Source of the DNA: Chrysochromulina tobinii | Taxonomy: Eukaryota | Assembly (NCBI GenBank): GCA_001275005.1 | Contig: JWZX01003080.1 | Coordinates: forward strand, 1-41,685 | DNA: 41,685 nt | Reading direction: 5' to 3' | Part shown: positions 1 to 13,400 of the stretch, piece after piece | Numbering within the stretch: position 1 is the stretch's first letter | Layout: each line of letters opens with the position of its first letter | Program-made: the position numbers and the translations under genes | The notes under the pieces: model-generated | What the model was told of the DNA's origin: nothing | Databases searched by the model: none | Seen by the model: only the letters and a program-made list of their open reading frames with translations

Positions 1-35
1 TGACAGGTTGCATCGTCGAGCCCGCGACACAGTGT

Positions 36-1385
36 ATGCACTGGAATAGGAAGATCAAGTCTGTTCACCACGAAGTCTTCATCCCGCAACAGCTGACCGA
101 CAAACAGCTCGATGGCACGGTCATCATCCGGCCGATTCCATCCTCTCCACAGCGCCCCATCCTCTTCACGGCACCCTTCAAGATCCGCAGAGCCCAGAGC
201 ATGCATCCTCTCACCTCGCCTCTCACCTCCACCGCGCCCCATCCTCATCGCAACTCGAGTGTGCTCCAGGGATCTGATGCGATCCTCCAGAGGCTCAATC
301 TCGTCGAGCATCAGCTCTTGATCCAGCGGGAACAGAATGCCACGACCATCTCTGCCATCGCATCGGCAAGCGCCACTGCCGGTCGCGCATCGTGCACCGC
401 ACACGACGCGGCCGCGGTCGCCCAGGCAGTGCAGAGGAAGCTAGGGGTGCATCCCGATCTCGTTAAGGGGGTGAAGCGGGCAAGCGTGCGCATTGGCCTC
501 CTCGACCGCGCCAAGTGCCGGCTCCTCGAGCTCGGATCCGGCACCATCATCGATGCCGGTGCGGGTGCGCCGAGGAACCAGGTGCTCACCGTGGCCCACC
601 TCTTCGTCGATCCAGTCGACTATGCACAGGGTAACCCGCACTACCTCGAACCGATCTGGACCAAGTTCGGATATCCCACAGCCATCGACTGGACGTCCGA
701 CGCAGCGCCGCTGATCCTGGCGATTGGGATGTGGGAGGCGGATGATCAGCCCTCACGATGGATGTGGTGGGCCGAGCTCGTCACCCCCCTCGCCACGCTG
801 CAGAAAAAGTGCCAGAGTCCCCATGCACCCCACAGCATGACGCACATGCTCGATCTGGCCGTGCTTCGCATCTGCGGCCGCCTCGACCTCACGCCTGACG
901 TCTTCCAAGGCTTCAGGATGGACTACTCGGTCGTCGCGAAGTATCCAGCGATGGCCAGCCTCGCTGGGGCGAGCTCCCCACTCCCTGCCGGGCTCCAGCT
1001 CGGAGACCCCGACGCGCTCCAGGTCAATGCAGACCTGATCACCGTCTTCGGATGGTTCTCACCCGCGGGGGAAGTCACGCTGTTCGCGCCCCAAGCGCTC
1101 ACCTTGGCGGCCAAGAGCCACGGGCTGTTGCAGGCATCGGTCGTGCTGCACAGCGGAGGCAGCGGCGGCGCCGCAGTCGATCATCTTGGCCGCTTGGTGG
1201 CCGTCAACTGGAGATCGGACCGGCCGACGCTGCCACCTAAGAAGAACTACATGGCCTACATGCGCATGGTGAACTGTCTGTTGCCTGAGCATGGTCTTGC
1301 CTTAACGAGTGATAGCTACGAGACTGGCGTGGCCTACTGGAATGACGGCGTTATGGCGTGGAATCAACAGCACGGTCGTGTCTAG
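36..1385 (+). CDS. Trypsin-like (S1, HtrA/Trypsin_2-type) serine peptidase domain protein with N-terminal coiled-coil; 5' end uncertain
   Basis: Catalytic-triad motifs in order: LGSGTII..VLTVAH (His), DLAVLRI (Asp), HSGGSGGA.VD..GRLVAVN (Ser); also LQLGD..ITVFGW. The region before ~270 is pyrimidine-rich and ends in ctccag, so it may be intronic and the gene may start upstream of the window. Confidence 0.75.
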   Translation: MHWNRKIKSVHHEVFIPQQLTDKQLDGTVIIRPIPSSPQRPILFTAPFKIRRAQSMHPLTSPLTSTAPHPHRNSSVLQGSDAILQRLNLVEHQLLIQREQNATTISAIASASATAGRASCTAHDAAAVAQAVQRKLGVHPDLVKGVKRASVRIGLLDRAKCRLLELGSGTIIDAGAGAPRNQVLTVAHLFVDPVDYAQGNPHYLEPIWTKFGYPTAIDWTSDAAPLILAIGMWEADDQPSRWMWWAELVTPLATLQKKCQSPHAPHSMTHMLDLAVLRICGRLDLTPDVFQGFRMDYSVVAKYPAMASLAGASSPLPAGLQLGDPDALQVNADLITVFGWFSPAGEVTLFAPQALTLAAKSHGLLQASVVLHSGGSGGAAVDHLGRLVAVNWRSDRPTLPPKKNYMAYMRMVNCLLPEHGLALTSDSYETGVAYWNDGVMAWNQQHGRV

Positions 1386-1456
1386 CTGTGACTCTTTTCC
1401 CACGATAAAAGGTCAACGCGTTCACAGTAACGTGAGTGAAAAAACAGGAGCTCGTC

Positions 1457-4400
1457 ATGCCGGCTTCCACCTTCTTCAAGGTCAGGGCCGCAGCCTACAT
1501 GGCGCTCCTGGCTTGCCTGCTAGTGGAGAGAGTGTTCGCGCAGGACGTGGCTCCCAAGGGCACCGACGTGCCCGACCAGCCTGCTCCGCCAGTATTCGTC
1601 GCGTCCAACTCGACCTCACTTTCCGTGTCATGGGCGATGCCTGAGGTGGACGGCGGCTCACCCGTGCTGTGGTACACGCTCTATGGAGGCGATGCGGCCG
1701 AGTCGCTACGGCCGCTCTACGATCCATTTCGAGCAGGTGCCGCGCCAGAACCCAACGTGCGCAACTTCACCATTCGGCGGCTGCGTCCGAGCACGCAATA
1801 CAGGTTTATGATCGCGGCACGCAACGCGGTGGGCCAGTCCAAGTTCAGCGACACGGCCACGTTCTCAACGACGGCGCCTGTGCCCACGGTCTCACACGTG
1901 GTCCCAGCGGCGGGCCCACTTCGCGGTGGCACGCTCGTGCGCGTCCATGGTGCGGATCTCGTGTTTGGGGGCACTTCCGTGTACGCGTGTCGGTTTGGCC
2001 AGACGGTCGTGCCAGCGACGCTCACCGAGGCGGCGTGGCCAGAGCACGTACCTACCCGGCCGATCCGATTGCCGCGGGACGAGGGTGATGGGCGAGCCGT
2101 CGTCGAGTGCATCTCGCCTCGCGCACGCCAGGCTCGCGCCATCGACCTCGGCCCCGGCTCGACGACCGGTCAGCCGCTGCGGCTCTCCACACAACTCGTC
2201 GAGCTCCAAGTGGCCCTGGACGGCCGACAGTTCGGTGCGGTAATCGGCACGACGTTTGTGTACTACGAGCCGCCGTCTTGGGCACCCGCGATCGTCTCAC
2301 CCGCTTCGGGCCCGCTCGCGGGTGGCACAGTGGTGAGCATTCATGGCCTCTTCCCGCGAGCTGATAACGGCTTCTTCGGGCCGTCGAGTGCCAGCTTGCT
2401 TTCACTTCCAGCCAGCTTTGACTTCCCAGAGGCCGCGTGCAACTTCTCGGGCGCGATCGTGCCCGCGATGCTCATGCCGCTGCGCCAGAGCTACAGCAAC
2501 GCGCACCCGCGCCCGCGAGCGCTCGATGCGCCAACGCCTGCGCCTGCCGTAGGCATGCCCTCGCATATAATTGCGGAGAACAATACCGGCGTGCCTACGG
2601 ATGCGCTCGAGCGCACTCTGGTGTGCACCTCGCCGTACGTCGGCCTGAGCAGCTACCAGCGCACGGTCGCTCAGTCCTTTTCGTTTGGCGAGGAGGAGGA
2701 GGCCATCGCCGCCTTCATCGAGCCCGAGACGACCGTCCGCGTGAACGCAGAGTCTCGATCGCGAGTGGACTGGGCGGCGCATGGGGCAGTCGAGCATGGG
2801 CTCCAAGGGGCAGTCGAGCCTGGCCTCGGTGCAACAGTCGCGAGCTCGATGGCGCACGTGGACGATCGACGTGTCGAGCCGCCGGCCGGCCTGCGCCCCA
2901 TTCCAGTGGTACGTGTCTCTGCGAGCTCGGAGCACCCCCTTGGCGGACGCGCGGCGGAGAATCTGATCAACGGGAGTGGCATGCGGACGGCGCCCGACGG
3001 CCAACGACTCAGCGCCCTGTGCAACGGCACTTACGACCTTGCGTGCCATCAGCAGTGCTGGGCGTCTGACCCGGCCGCTCCTCTGGATGAGCAGTGGATC
3101 GAGTTCACTTTTGACCGACCGCGCTACGTGGATGGCATGCATCTGTTCGGGTACAATGCGCCGCATGGGCGCGCGTTCCTTCGAAGCCTCGCGGCAGCCG
3201 AGGTCCAGGTGCCCAGCAGCACGCGCCGCGGCGAATGGGTCCCCATTGGACGGTTGAGCGGCCTGCCGCTGCCTTCTCTTCGCGACGGCGATGCGGGAGT
3301 CAACGTGCGCCGAGCGAGCATGCCTTCTTACTTTTTGCCAGGGGCCTACCGTCGAGGGGCGGCGCTGCTCACCGCCAGCTGGCTGGGCTTCGAGGCGGCG
3401 GCCGTGCGCCTCGCGCGCATGGTGCACCACGGCGTCGACCAGTACGGTGCGAGCGTGGGCGCGTGCGAGGTGCTCCTCCTCGAGGAGGATCCAGACGTGT
3501 CTATCCAGCTCGTGGGTGCGTCCGCCGTACGCGCACGCATGCTGCAGCTCACTCCAGGCTCTCCTTATGCGTCGGCCGCGGCTGAGGCCGACATGTACCT
3601 GCCCTCCACGTTCGGCACCGAGACCATGGATGCGTCGGCACAGGACATGCGACCTCGACTGCGGGCACACGTGAACAAAGCCCACGGTGGAGCGACGGAG
3701 CCGACCCTGCAGGAGGGGCACGCCACGCCCACCACGACGCCCACCACGCAGTCGCCGCTCCCGTGCGGACCGGCTATCGACCAGGAGCCGTGCGCCGCCG
3801 CAGTCGACCCCATGCTGGCGCTTCCGACGCAGCCGCCACCGCCAGCCAAAGCAGTCATCGTGCAGGCGCAGCGGGGGATCAACGCGCTCACACTCGAAGC
3901 GAGGCAGCTTGAGCATCCCCCGGGCACCGTCAGCAGTGCAGCAGCGTCCCCTGTGGCACAGTACGTTGGCGGCCACGGCACGCTGAGCGGCCTCGAGGCG
4001 CCGGCAGAGGAGGAGGAGGGGGAGGGGGCAATGCTCGATTGGGAAGCGGAGCCTCGCATCCGCGACAGCGACTGCGTCGAGGACGAGGGCGGTGAGGACG
4101 GCCATCCGCAGCTGTTGCGCCTCACTGAGCTTGGGTGGTTGCCCGATGCGTCGGACGTGATGCCCGCCGGGCGCGCCGGCTCCATGCGAACGCGCTGCGC
4201 GTGGACGTATGAAGATGGGCGTGCCGGTGGCGTCACGCGCTTCCCCACAGGCATTCGCACTCGCGAGCGTGACGAGAGCGCTTCGGCGACTGTTCTGCTC
4301 GGCGGCGCCTTCATACCGCTCGCAAGTGGCGGCGTGGGGCTCACCTATCTCCACGTGCGCCTCGATCTGTACGTGGGCGTGGAGGCGGCACTCGAGGGAG

Positions 4401-7400
4401 GAGGCCTGTGGCTCTGCTACTCAGATCTGGTGCCCGAGGACCTCGGCCGTGTCGTGCAAAAGGTCGAGGGCGTGCACTCCGTTGGCGAGGCCGGCGCCGG
4501 GCTGTGCGCTTCGCTCTGGCTCCCCGACCCGGCTGTGGACGCCTACGCCCCCGCCTCGGCGATCCTGGTGCATGCAGGCCGAGTGGTGGCGCGCGAGAAT
4601 TGGCGCAGCACGCGCGAGCTCATCTCTCCCGGCACGTGGCTGCCACTGGAGCTCATCATCTCGAGCGAGGGATGCTCGCTCCGTCACGCGCGGCGCACCT
4701 TGCTAGATCGGGTGCCGCTCGAGGGGTGGGAGCCCGCTGATCATTGGCGACTGGCGCTCGTCGGCCAGTCCCGCGCCGTGCCGGGCGCCCCCTTTTGGGT
4801 CGACAACTTGCGTGTCACCGCCGGCCCACTCGTCGAGAGCGCACGGGCGAGCTTCGAGGTCGGCCTGAATGGGCAGGACTTTAGCGCCGCCGGCTTCATC
4901 TTTCAATACCATGGCGTACCGCGCGTGCTCGGCATCTCTCCAACTGACGGGCCTCTCCACGGCGGTACGACCGTTCGCATCCGGGGGAAGCACCTCGCCC
5001 ACGGCGCCGGCTACACCTGTCGCTTCGGAGCCCAGAATGTGTCGGCCTCGTTCGAGGCCGCGAGCGAGACGGTCCTGTGCACCTCGCCGCCTGCCCTCGC
5101 CTCCCTCGGCCTCAATGGTAGCCGCGTGGCCTTTGCAATTGCACTCAACGGCCAGAATTACGTGCTGGGGCCTGACTTCGGGTTCCACGCGCAGCTGCGC
5201 CTCTCGCACGTGCATCCGTCTACGGGGCCCATTGACGGCGGCATCCGCATCAACATCAGCGGCGCCGGGCTTGTTGGGGGCTCTGCATACATGTGCTGCC
5301 TCGTCGCCGAGTCGGAGCCGTGCGTGGTGCGCGAAGACGGGCGATCGCCCTTCACACCCGCCACCTTTGACGAAGCCTTCGGACACGTCACATGCCGCGC
5401 GCCGGCCGTCTACAACGACGCGGGCGCGTACCAGGTGCGCGTCGCGCTCAACGGGCAGCAATACAGCTCTCAGCCCTTGGAGACCTTGGGCTTCTGGGCG
5501 CTCACAAACATCGTCCAATTTGAGCTTGGCGACCAGGGGATGGTGCCGTCCGCTGGCCCGTATTTGGGAGGCTCCATCTTGATCGTGCGCCTGGCTGAGC
5601 CGATCCTCGCGCTGCCCTCGCTCACGCAGATCGACGAGCTCGCCTTTGCAACTGAGGGCAGCGCCTTTGCCAACCGTGATGCGATCGCCTTTGCACCGGC
5701 CTGCCGCTTCGGCACCGCCATCGTTCCCGCTGTGAGAAGGTCCGACAGCGAGGTCACATGCACTGCACCGACAGCTCTCGCGGCGGGTGCTTCGGTGGTG
5801 CTCGCGCCGCGCACCCCCGAGCAGCTCAATACGACGCTCTCGTTGCACGGTGGGGCGTCCTTGCTGGCCGGCGACCTTGACGATGGTGGTGCGGGCGGCG
5901 GTGGTGACGACGAGGGCGCGGTACGCTTGACGGGAAGGTACCCGCACGAGAGCGGCTCCATCGTCTTCCGCAGGCCCGCGCTCGCGTGGCTTCCAGAGCC
6001 TGCGGCACCTGCCCTGCACGATTTTGAGCTCTCGTTCCATCTCTCATTTGGCAGCCTCGAGTCGCACGACGGAGTGAGCGTGAGCTATGGCCCCAACTTG
6101 GGATTCGAACGCCACTTTGGTGGTGACGGAGGGCTCCGCGTCGCCTTTCTCGCCCGAGAGCGCCAGATCCTCGCCTGGTCGAATGAACGAGCTGTTGGTC
6201 TCGCTCGCATGCCGGACAGCGCCAACTTGGGCAACGCGAGGATACCCGTGGTGGTGCGCGTGGAGCGTGACGTGTCGACTGATTACCTGACGCGTGGGGA
6301 GAGCATCGACAGCGCAGTGCTCACCGTCACTTTTGCCAACGTCGTCGTTCTACGTTCCCAGCTGCCCGGTTGGACGGCCCTCGTGACCTCCGAGTGGCGC
6401 GTCGGCTTGGGCGGTGGCACTGCACACGAGTCGCTTTTTGGTGACAAGACCGATACGTACCACGGGGTGCGCGCCCTCACTCTGCGCATGGGTGCCGCGA
6501 TCACGCGTGCCGCGGTCTACTTTGGCATCTCGTACAACGGGCAGGACTTTTACCCAAGCGTTGAGGCGTTGCAGGCGCAGCTGGCTATGCAGGCGTTGCC
6601 AGGCGCCGAAGCACTCGAAGAGGCGGCGATCGTGCGCGTGGCCGACTTCCTCTTCGGTCGACCTCTCATCACTGTGATCAAGCCGCGATCCGGCGTCACC
6701 GGTTCCACAGTGGAGCTGCGCGGCGCGCTGCTCCCATTCGGCCGAAACCTCGAGGCATCGGGCGGCTACCGCTGCCGCTACCAGCAGCTCACGCGCACGG
6801 AGTACATGAGCGATTCGTGGGCGGCGCGGTTCGATCCGCTCGCGCAGTACGATGATGAAGGCTGGATGCTGCTGCCGGGCGGAGCACAGCAGGAAGGCGA
6901 TGCGGACTTTGCGGGCTCCGAAGACGACGAAGGGGCCGAGGAGAGGGCCTACGACGCGCTGCGCTGTGATGTACTCCCCATGCCGCACGGGCGCACTTAC
7001 CTCGAGATCTCCCTTCACGATACTATGTACAGCGCCGACCGGACGCAGTTCATCACGTTGCCGGCGCGTCATGAAGGCACGGCGCTGCGAGCAGTACCCG
7101 CGACAGCGCCCGCGTACTTCTCCACGCCGCCGCCGCCGCCGCCTCTCGTGCCGTACACTGGCCCAGTCGTGCCGCCGACACTCGCCGCGTTCATGCCGTC
7201 GCGCAACGTGACCACGACCCTCGTGACGGGCCCGCACCTCGATGGCGGCTTTGCGTACGCGTGCCGGCCGCTGCCGAGGTATCCGGCCGCCGCTGGCGGC
7301 TCCTCCGGCGGCCTGCCGGCCACATACGTGCCGGCGCTACGCGCGGTGCGCTGCGCACTCGCGCAGCCATCCGCCAACGTGACCTTGCCGCTTGCGCTCA

Positions 7401-10400
7401 CACTGCACGTGTCCCTCGATGGCGAGCAGTATAATGCGGGAGGCGCCCCTTTCACCTTCTACCCCGCGCCCATCATCAGCCGCGTGCTGCCCGCCGGCGG
7501 GCCTGTACGCGGCGGCGCAGCCGTGTCCGTGATCGGGCAGCACCTGGGCCACAGCAACCACTCAGCGATGGAGTGCCGCATCGGAGCCTCGCGCTCGCGC
7601 GCCGTGCCCCTCTCAGAGTACGCTCGAGGCTTCGTCAACGCGAGTGACGAGCCGCACAGCGCCATGAGCTGTCCCGCGCCCGAGGCGCGCTTTGCCGGGC
7701 TCCTCTTTGGCTCCGTCGACGGTTGGCCGCTGCCCAATCTGACTGGCGTGTGGCGCGACTCGTATGGGCACGATGTCCATGTGTGCACGCGCGACGGCGG
7801 CTTCGCTGCGACCGTCGAGCCGCCCTGGAGCGCCTCGCTCGGCCAGCGGGTCGCGGCGGTAGGGCTGTGGGACGAGCAGCACCTCGCGTACGTTGGCATG
7901 TGGCAGCAGTGGCGCGAGAGCCTCGCCGATGCGCTCACGTTCGGAGTCGCCGATGCGCTCCCAGTCGCGGACCGCGTGCGGCTGCACGCCGGTGGCTTCT
8001 TTAAGTGGGGTGTGAATCGGACCGCCGTCGGCGTCGCGTTAGCCGCTCTCGAAGCCGAAGCGGCGGCGGCAGCCGCTTCCGCTGCTGCGACCGTTGGCGC
8101 GTTCTCGATGGGCTCCTCTGCGAACTCGACTGGCAATGCTACCGGCAGCAATGCTACCGGCAGCAATGCTACCGGCAGCAATGCTACCGGCAGCCATGGT
8201 CCCGGCACCAATGCTACCGGTACACCGCCGCCGCCGCCCTCGTCGCCCACAAGCGTCGTGACGAGCGTCGCGATGCAACGGCTCCTGGCCCGACTCTTCC
8301 CGCGTCAGGTCGAGGGCGCCTGGTCCATGGACGGCGCCGCGCGTCACTTTGGAACCGGCGCCGCCGGCTCCGGCCATGTGCACGGCGCTTGGAACGCCAC
8401 GTACCAAGCGCCGCTGCCCGCCGATGCAGTCGAATGCACGTGGCTAGAACGACGGAGCGCCGCCACGAGCCCTGCAACCGCAGGGGAGAGCTCTGGGGCA
8501 GGGGCACAGAGCAGCGCCAGCTCCCCCGCCGCCGCAGCAGCATTCACAGCAGCAGGAGCTGCTGCGGCGGCGGCGGCGGCTGCGACTATGGCTCCCATTG
8601 ATCTCGCTCCGCTGAGCTCCATCGCGGACGCTCTCGACGCCACGCTGCCCTTTGCCCTGTTGGGAAACGCTCGGATGACCCACGGGGTCCTCGAATCCGG
8701 GGCTCGGCCGCGCCAGTACTTTGAGCTCACTCGGCCTCTCCCAGGCGAGATGGGTGCAGTGAATTGGCCCACCCCGCAGCTGCTCGCTGCGCACCGCGGC
8801 TGCGCCGAGCAGCTGAGCTTCCGAGCCTCCGTCTATTTTGGTGGTGGCGTGGGGCCCGAGGGCGGCGGCGACGGGCTGAGCCTCGTCCTCGGCCACGTCA
8901 CGACCGGTGCGCTGCTCCACACCCTCAGCCGCCCCAACGGCACACTCGGGCCCGAGAGCCCTCTGATGCTGCGCTTGCGCCGCTTGCGTGTCGGCCAGAC
9001 CCCCGAGACGCAATTGAATGCGATCGAGCTTTGGGCGGGAGGTGTGATGCGATGGCGCACCGACGCTCCCGGTCTCGCTGGCCGTTGGATCGAGGTCAAC
9101 CTCGTACTCCTCAACGGGGGCGCTGCTCTCAACCTCGCTATCAACGGCCGACCGCTGCTCCTCCAGTTTGGTCTCTCTCCGTGGCCGTTACGCGCCCCGT
9201 GGAGCTTTGGCGCTGCAGCGAGCACCTTCGCGTTCACCGACACGCATGCGGTCGCGAACGTGCGAGGCAGCTGCGGTGACGTACCCCTCGTCGACCTGCC
9301 ATTCACGGTCACCAACGAAGGGTTCAGTCCGATGCAGCCGGACACGCGGTCGTCTGGCCGTTGGACCGATGGTCAGTGGGTCGACCCTTTTGACCCCGCC
9401 GAGTATGGCCCTCCTCCCACGCTTGAGCACCGCCCCTTTCGGTATTACTCGGAGAGGTCGCTCGTGGCGTCCAGCCCCGCGCTTGGGCATGTGAGCGGCG
9501 GCGCGCTCATCCGGATCAACGGGACGGGCCTCGACGTGGGCGTGGGCTTCTCGTGCGCCTTTGGAATTCGGAGTGATGAGGTGCCCGACATGGCGCCCGG
9601 GTGGACTTGGGCCGCTGATGGGCCGCTCCATCCACGCTACTCGACCGCCACGTGGCTGGCGGCCGAGCAGGTGGTTGCATGCCGTGCGCCGCAAGTGCCG
9701 TACGCCTCCTCCGTCCAGCTTCGCGTCTCGCTCAATGCGCAGCAGTTCTCGGTCGCTGCGCTCAACTACACTTTCTTCGCGCCCGTCATCACTGAGTTCA
9801 CACCCTCCTCGGGTCCAGTGGCGGGCGGCACCACGCTCGTGGTGCGCGGCACGCAGCTCGACGTCGAGGTCGGCTGGTGGTCGACGCCGCCGCCACTCGC
9901 GCGTTGCGTCTTCAATCAGACCATGCAGGTGCGTGGGAACCGCTGATGATGACTGATGATCCCTGGCGCCACTGAGCGCCACTGAGCGCCACTGAGTGCC
10001 ACCGAGTGCCACTAATTGCCACCCTGTTCACTCGGACCTTGCAGACGCCCGCCACGTTCTCGCGTTCCGCGAATACGCTCAGCTGCTCGAGCGCCCGAAG
10101 CCCCTCGAGCACGTCCGCCCGGGTGCCCTTTGGCATCTCGCTCAACGGCCAGGAGCTCACCACAGATCCCTTCTTCTTCTTCTTTATTGGCGCTGGCATG
10201 GCGACGGCGCCTGAGCCGCCGCCGCCGCCGCCCTTTTCGGACCAAGAAGACGTCGAGGAGGCGTTTCGCTACCCCACGCCGGGGGGAAGGCCTGGCGGCG
10301 ACGGTTACGATGCGACCGGGCTCGTGGCGCGGTTCGTCAATCGCTTCTCGGGAAATGTCTCGGGCGGAGCCCTCGTTCGCATCTGGATAGACCCTCAGCC

Positions 10401-13400
10401 ACCGGAGGCCACCTCTTCGCCCACCTGCCGCTTCGGCGAGGCCGTGGTGCCCGCAACGGTACAGTCGTCCACCACGCTTGTGTGCATCACGCCCAACACA
10501 ACGATGGCCGGTCCCGTCACCTTAGGTGTGAGCCTCAACGCGCAGGACTACAGCCAGGGCGGCGGCCAGTTCTGCTTCGTCAACGTGACTGGGCTGCTCG
10601 CCGAGCCGACCGAAGGCCCCGTGAGTGGCGGCACGCGCATCCTTTCGCGCGGCCACGGGCTCGTGCCCGACGGCTGCCACAGCGATACGGCCAGGGAGCC
10701 AAAGCGCTGTCGGTGGTTCAACCCCGCATTGAATCAACGGAGGACCGTAGCGGCGGCCGTCGACCTGGGCCGTGGGGCACTTGTGTGCTACTCGCCGCCC
10801 AATCCGATGGGCTGGGGTGCGGGCGATCCTCTCGTGCTCAGCGTGAGCCTCAATGCCTATGACTACCTGCCGGCGACGATGTACCGGTACGAGCCCGTGC
10901 CACCGCTCCCCGCTCTCAGCCCGGGCAACGGCCCGATCACCGGCGGCACGATGCTCGCTCTCTTCGGCGCGTCGATGCGCGACGTGGACGGCCTCGCATG
11001 CTTCTTTGGCGGTGCGCGCTCTGCGGCGGTGTGGCAGTCCAACAGTCTCGTCCAGTGCCGAACGCCCGACCTGCACTCGGTCGCCTCGGCGGTGGCGCTG
11101 CCGCCGCCCGACTCGGTGCCGGAGGTCATCCAGCTCTTTGATGGCATGAATCGCAACTCGTCCGATGCGCTCGCCGCCGCGCCGCTCATTGACCTTCTCT
11201 TCAACGAGCGCGCGCGCGCCGAGGCAGCCGCCGCGCGCGCGGCCAATCTTTATTGGGGCCATCCCGCACAGCCTCTCACGATCGGGGGCGCACTCACCCT
11301 GAGCGGCGGCATCGAGCTCCTCGAGGGGGTCGCGCAGCTCTCGCGCCCAACGCGCTTGCCCCGAGGCCCAGGGCTGCTGCGCCTGGCGCTGCCCAACTGC
11401 AATGCGCCGCTGCAGACCTTTGCGCTGCAGGTCGAGGTGCTCTTCCGCTCCATGGCGCAGACGGCCGCCAATCTCGTCGACGAAGGCCTGTTTGAGGGCG
11501 GCCTCGCTGTCGAGTACGGCCCCGATCCCGATGCGATCGATCATCTGGACGGGCACAGCTGGGGCGACGTGTGCGAGGATGGCACGCGGCGCAACCAGCC
11601 ATGGGCTGCCCAAGGCAGCGCGAGCACGGCCGAGGAGGCGACACGTGGCCTCAACATCAGCCTGCTTGCGAGCGCGCGAGCGCTGCGCCCGAGCGTGCGC
11701 CACAATGAGACTGAGCTCCTCGCGCTGGAGCTCGTGGAGGCGCTCTCCGCGGACTTTGGTCCTCCGATGGACGTGTGGATGGGGCTGCACGTGACGATCG
11801 CGGCCGACCCGGTGACGCACGAGGCATACCTCAACCTCAGCCTCGCCGGCACGCCCCTCAGCCCTCCACTCGCTCTCAATGGCTGGGGGGCGCAATCTGG
11901 CTGGACGCTGCGCCTGCGCGCCATCGGCGGCCGCGGTGTCGGCGTGAGCGTCTATCGAGTGAGGCTGCTCAGTGGCTCGACCGCCGCACTCACACCGATT
12001 GGGCTCAAGGTCGTCGTCGGCCCTCTCTTTGTCAGCCCGGCCGCGCCATTTTACTTCCTTGCGCCGCCGCTCGTGCCGTGGGCCGGCGTGGCCCCCACTG
12101 CGGGGCCAGTTGAGGGCGGGACGGTCGTGCGGGTCCGCGTGGCCAACTATTCCTCGACCGTTGGCACGCTGCCCGACGTGTCGCTCGCGCTGCGCTGCCG
12201 CTTTGGCAACGGGCTCGCCTCCGCTGATGAGTTCACCGCGCTGGCCGTCCATTGGAGTGAGGCGAGTGGCGACGGTGTGTCGATAAGGGTAGGCCTCGAG
12301 TGCACCGCACCCTCTCATCTCTCCGCCGGCCCGGAGATGGTGAGGTTACGCATCTCGACCAACGCGCAGCAGTTCTTCGACGCGGCCAACTTTAGCTTCT
12401 ATGCTCGCCACGCATGGGGGTACGCCGCTCCACGCTCTGGCCCGACTGGTGGGGGTGCGCTGCTGACGGTTCGCGGCTGGCCCATGGACAGCGGCATGCG
12501 CAGCGGCGGTGCGTACGCGTGTCGCGTGGGCGGCGTCGCCGTCGCCGGCACGTACCGCCTCCAGCCTGAGCGCATACAGTGCCGCACGCCCGCACTCGGC
12601 GTCACGGGCTTCACAGCTGTGCCGGTAGAGCTCAGCTTGAATGCGCAGCAATTCGTTCCCCTCAGCCGCACCAACGGCTCCTTCTTCGTCTTTGCCGACC
12701 CCGTCGACGCAGTTGTTGCCCTCCCGGCGAGCGGCCCCGCCAATGGCGGCACCTTGGTCGAGGTGCACGTGTCGGGCGGCGGGCTGGGCGCCAACCTCAC
12801 CGAGACCCTCGACTACCGTTGCGCCTTCGGTCATGTCGTGCGCGGGCTGCTTGATGAGATGCTCGTGGAGGGCGCGGCAGTCGTGCCGGCGACGCGCGTG
12901 GACGACGGGCGGCTGCGGTGCATTTCGCCCACTGCCGAGGTGGCAGGCGCGTCTGACTTTCTGGAGCCACTCCGTGCAGCTGCAGGCCGCTCAGGCCGAA
13001 GGCATGTGAACGGTGCGGCCATCACCCCCGCGGCCGCCGCACCCACCATCGACGCGGAGCGCCCTTGGCGTGGCAGCTGGCCCCTGGCGTCCTCAGGTGG
13101 TCACGAGGGAGGTGAGAATCTCGTCGAAAATCTCGCGCGGCTCACTGGACCAAACGGCGAGTGTGGCTCTGTGCTCGTGGCCCCCTCCCGCAGCGCCGCG
13201 AGCCACGCTCGCACCGAATGGATTGAGCACACGATGTTCGTGCGCTCCATGATGCCCACGCCCAGCTGGAGCGGCGGCGGGCGTGTGGCCTCTCTCGGAG
13301 GCTTCAGCTGGAGCTACGGCCCGCTACGCCCGGGGCCGCATGCGACCGTCGGCGCTGCGGGCAAAGGCCTCGGCCTCATCGCGCGCTTGGCCCCACAGCC

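Noticed and set aside
2402..4354. Long antisense/alternate-frame ORFs (e.g. 2402..4354, 4703..6040, 10522..12318, 24479..25756, 28826..30727)
   Set aside because: Shadows of real GC3-rich genes; Arg/Ala-rich translations with no recognisable motifs.
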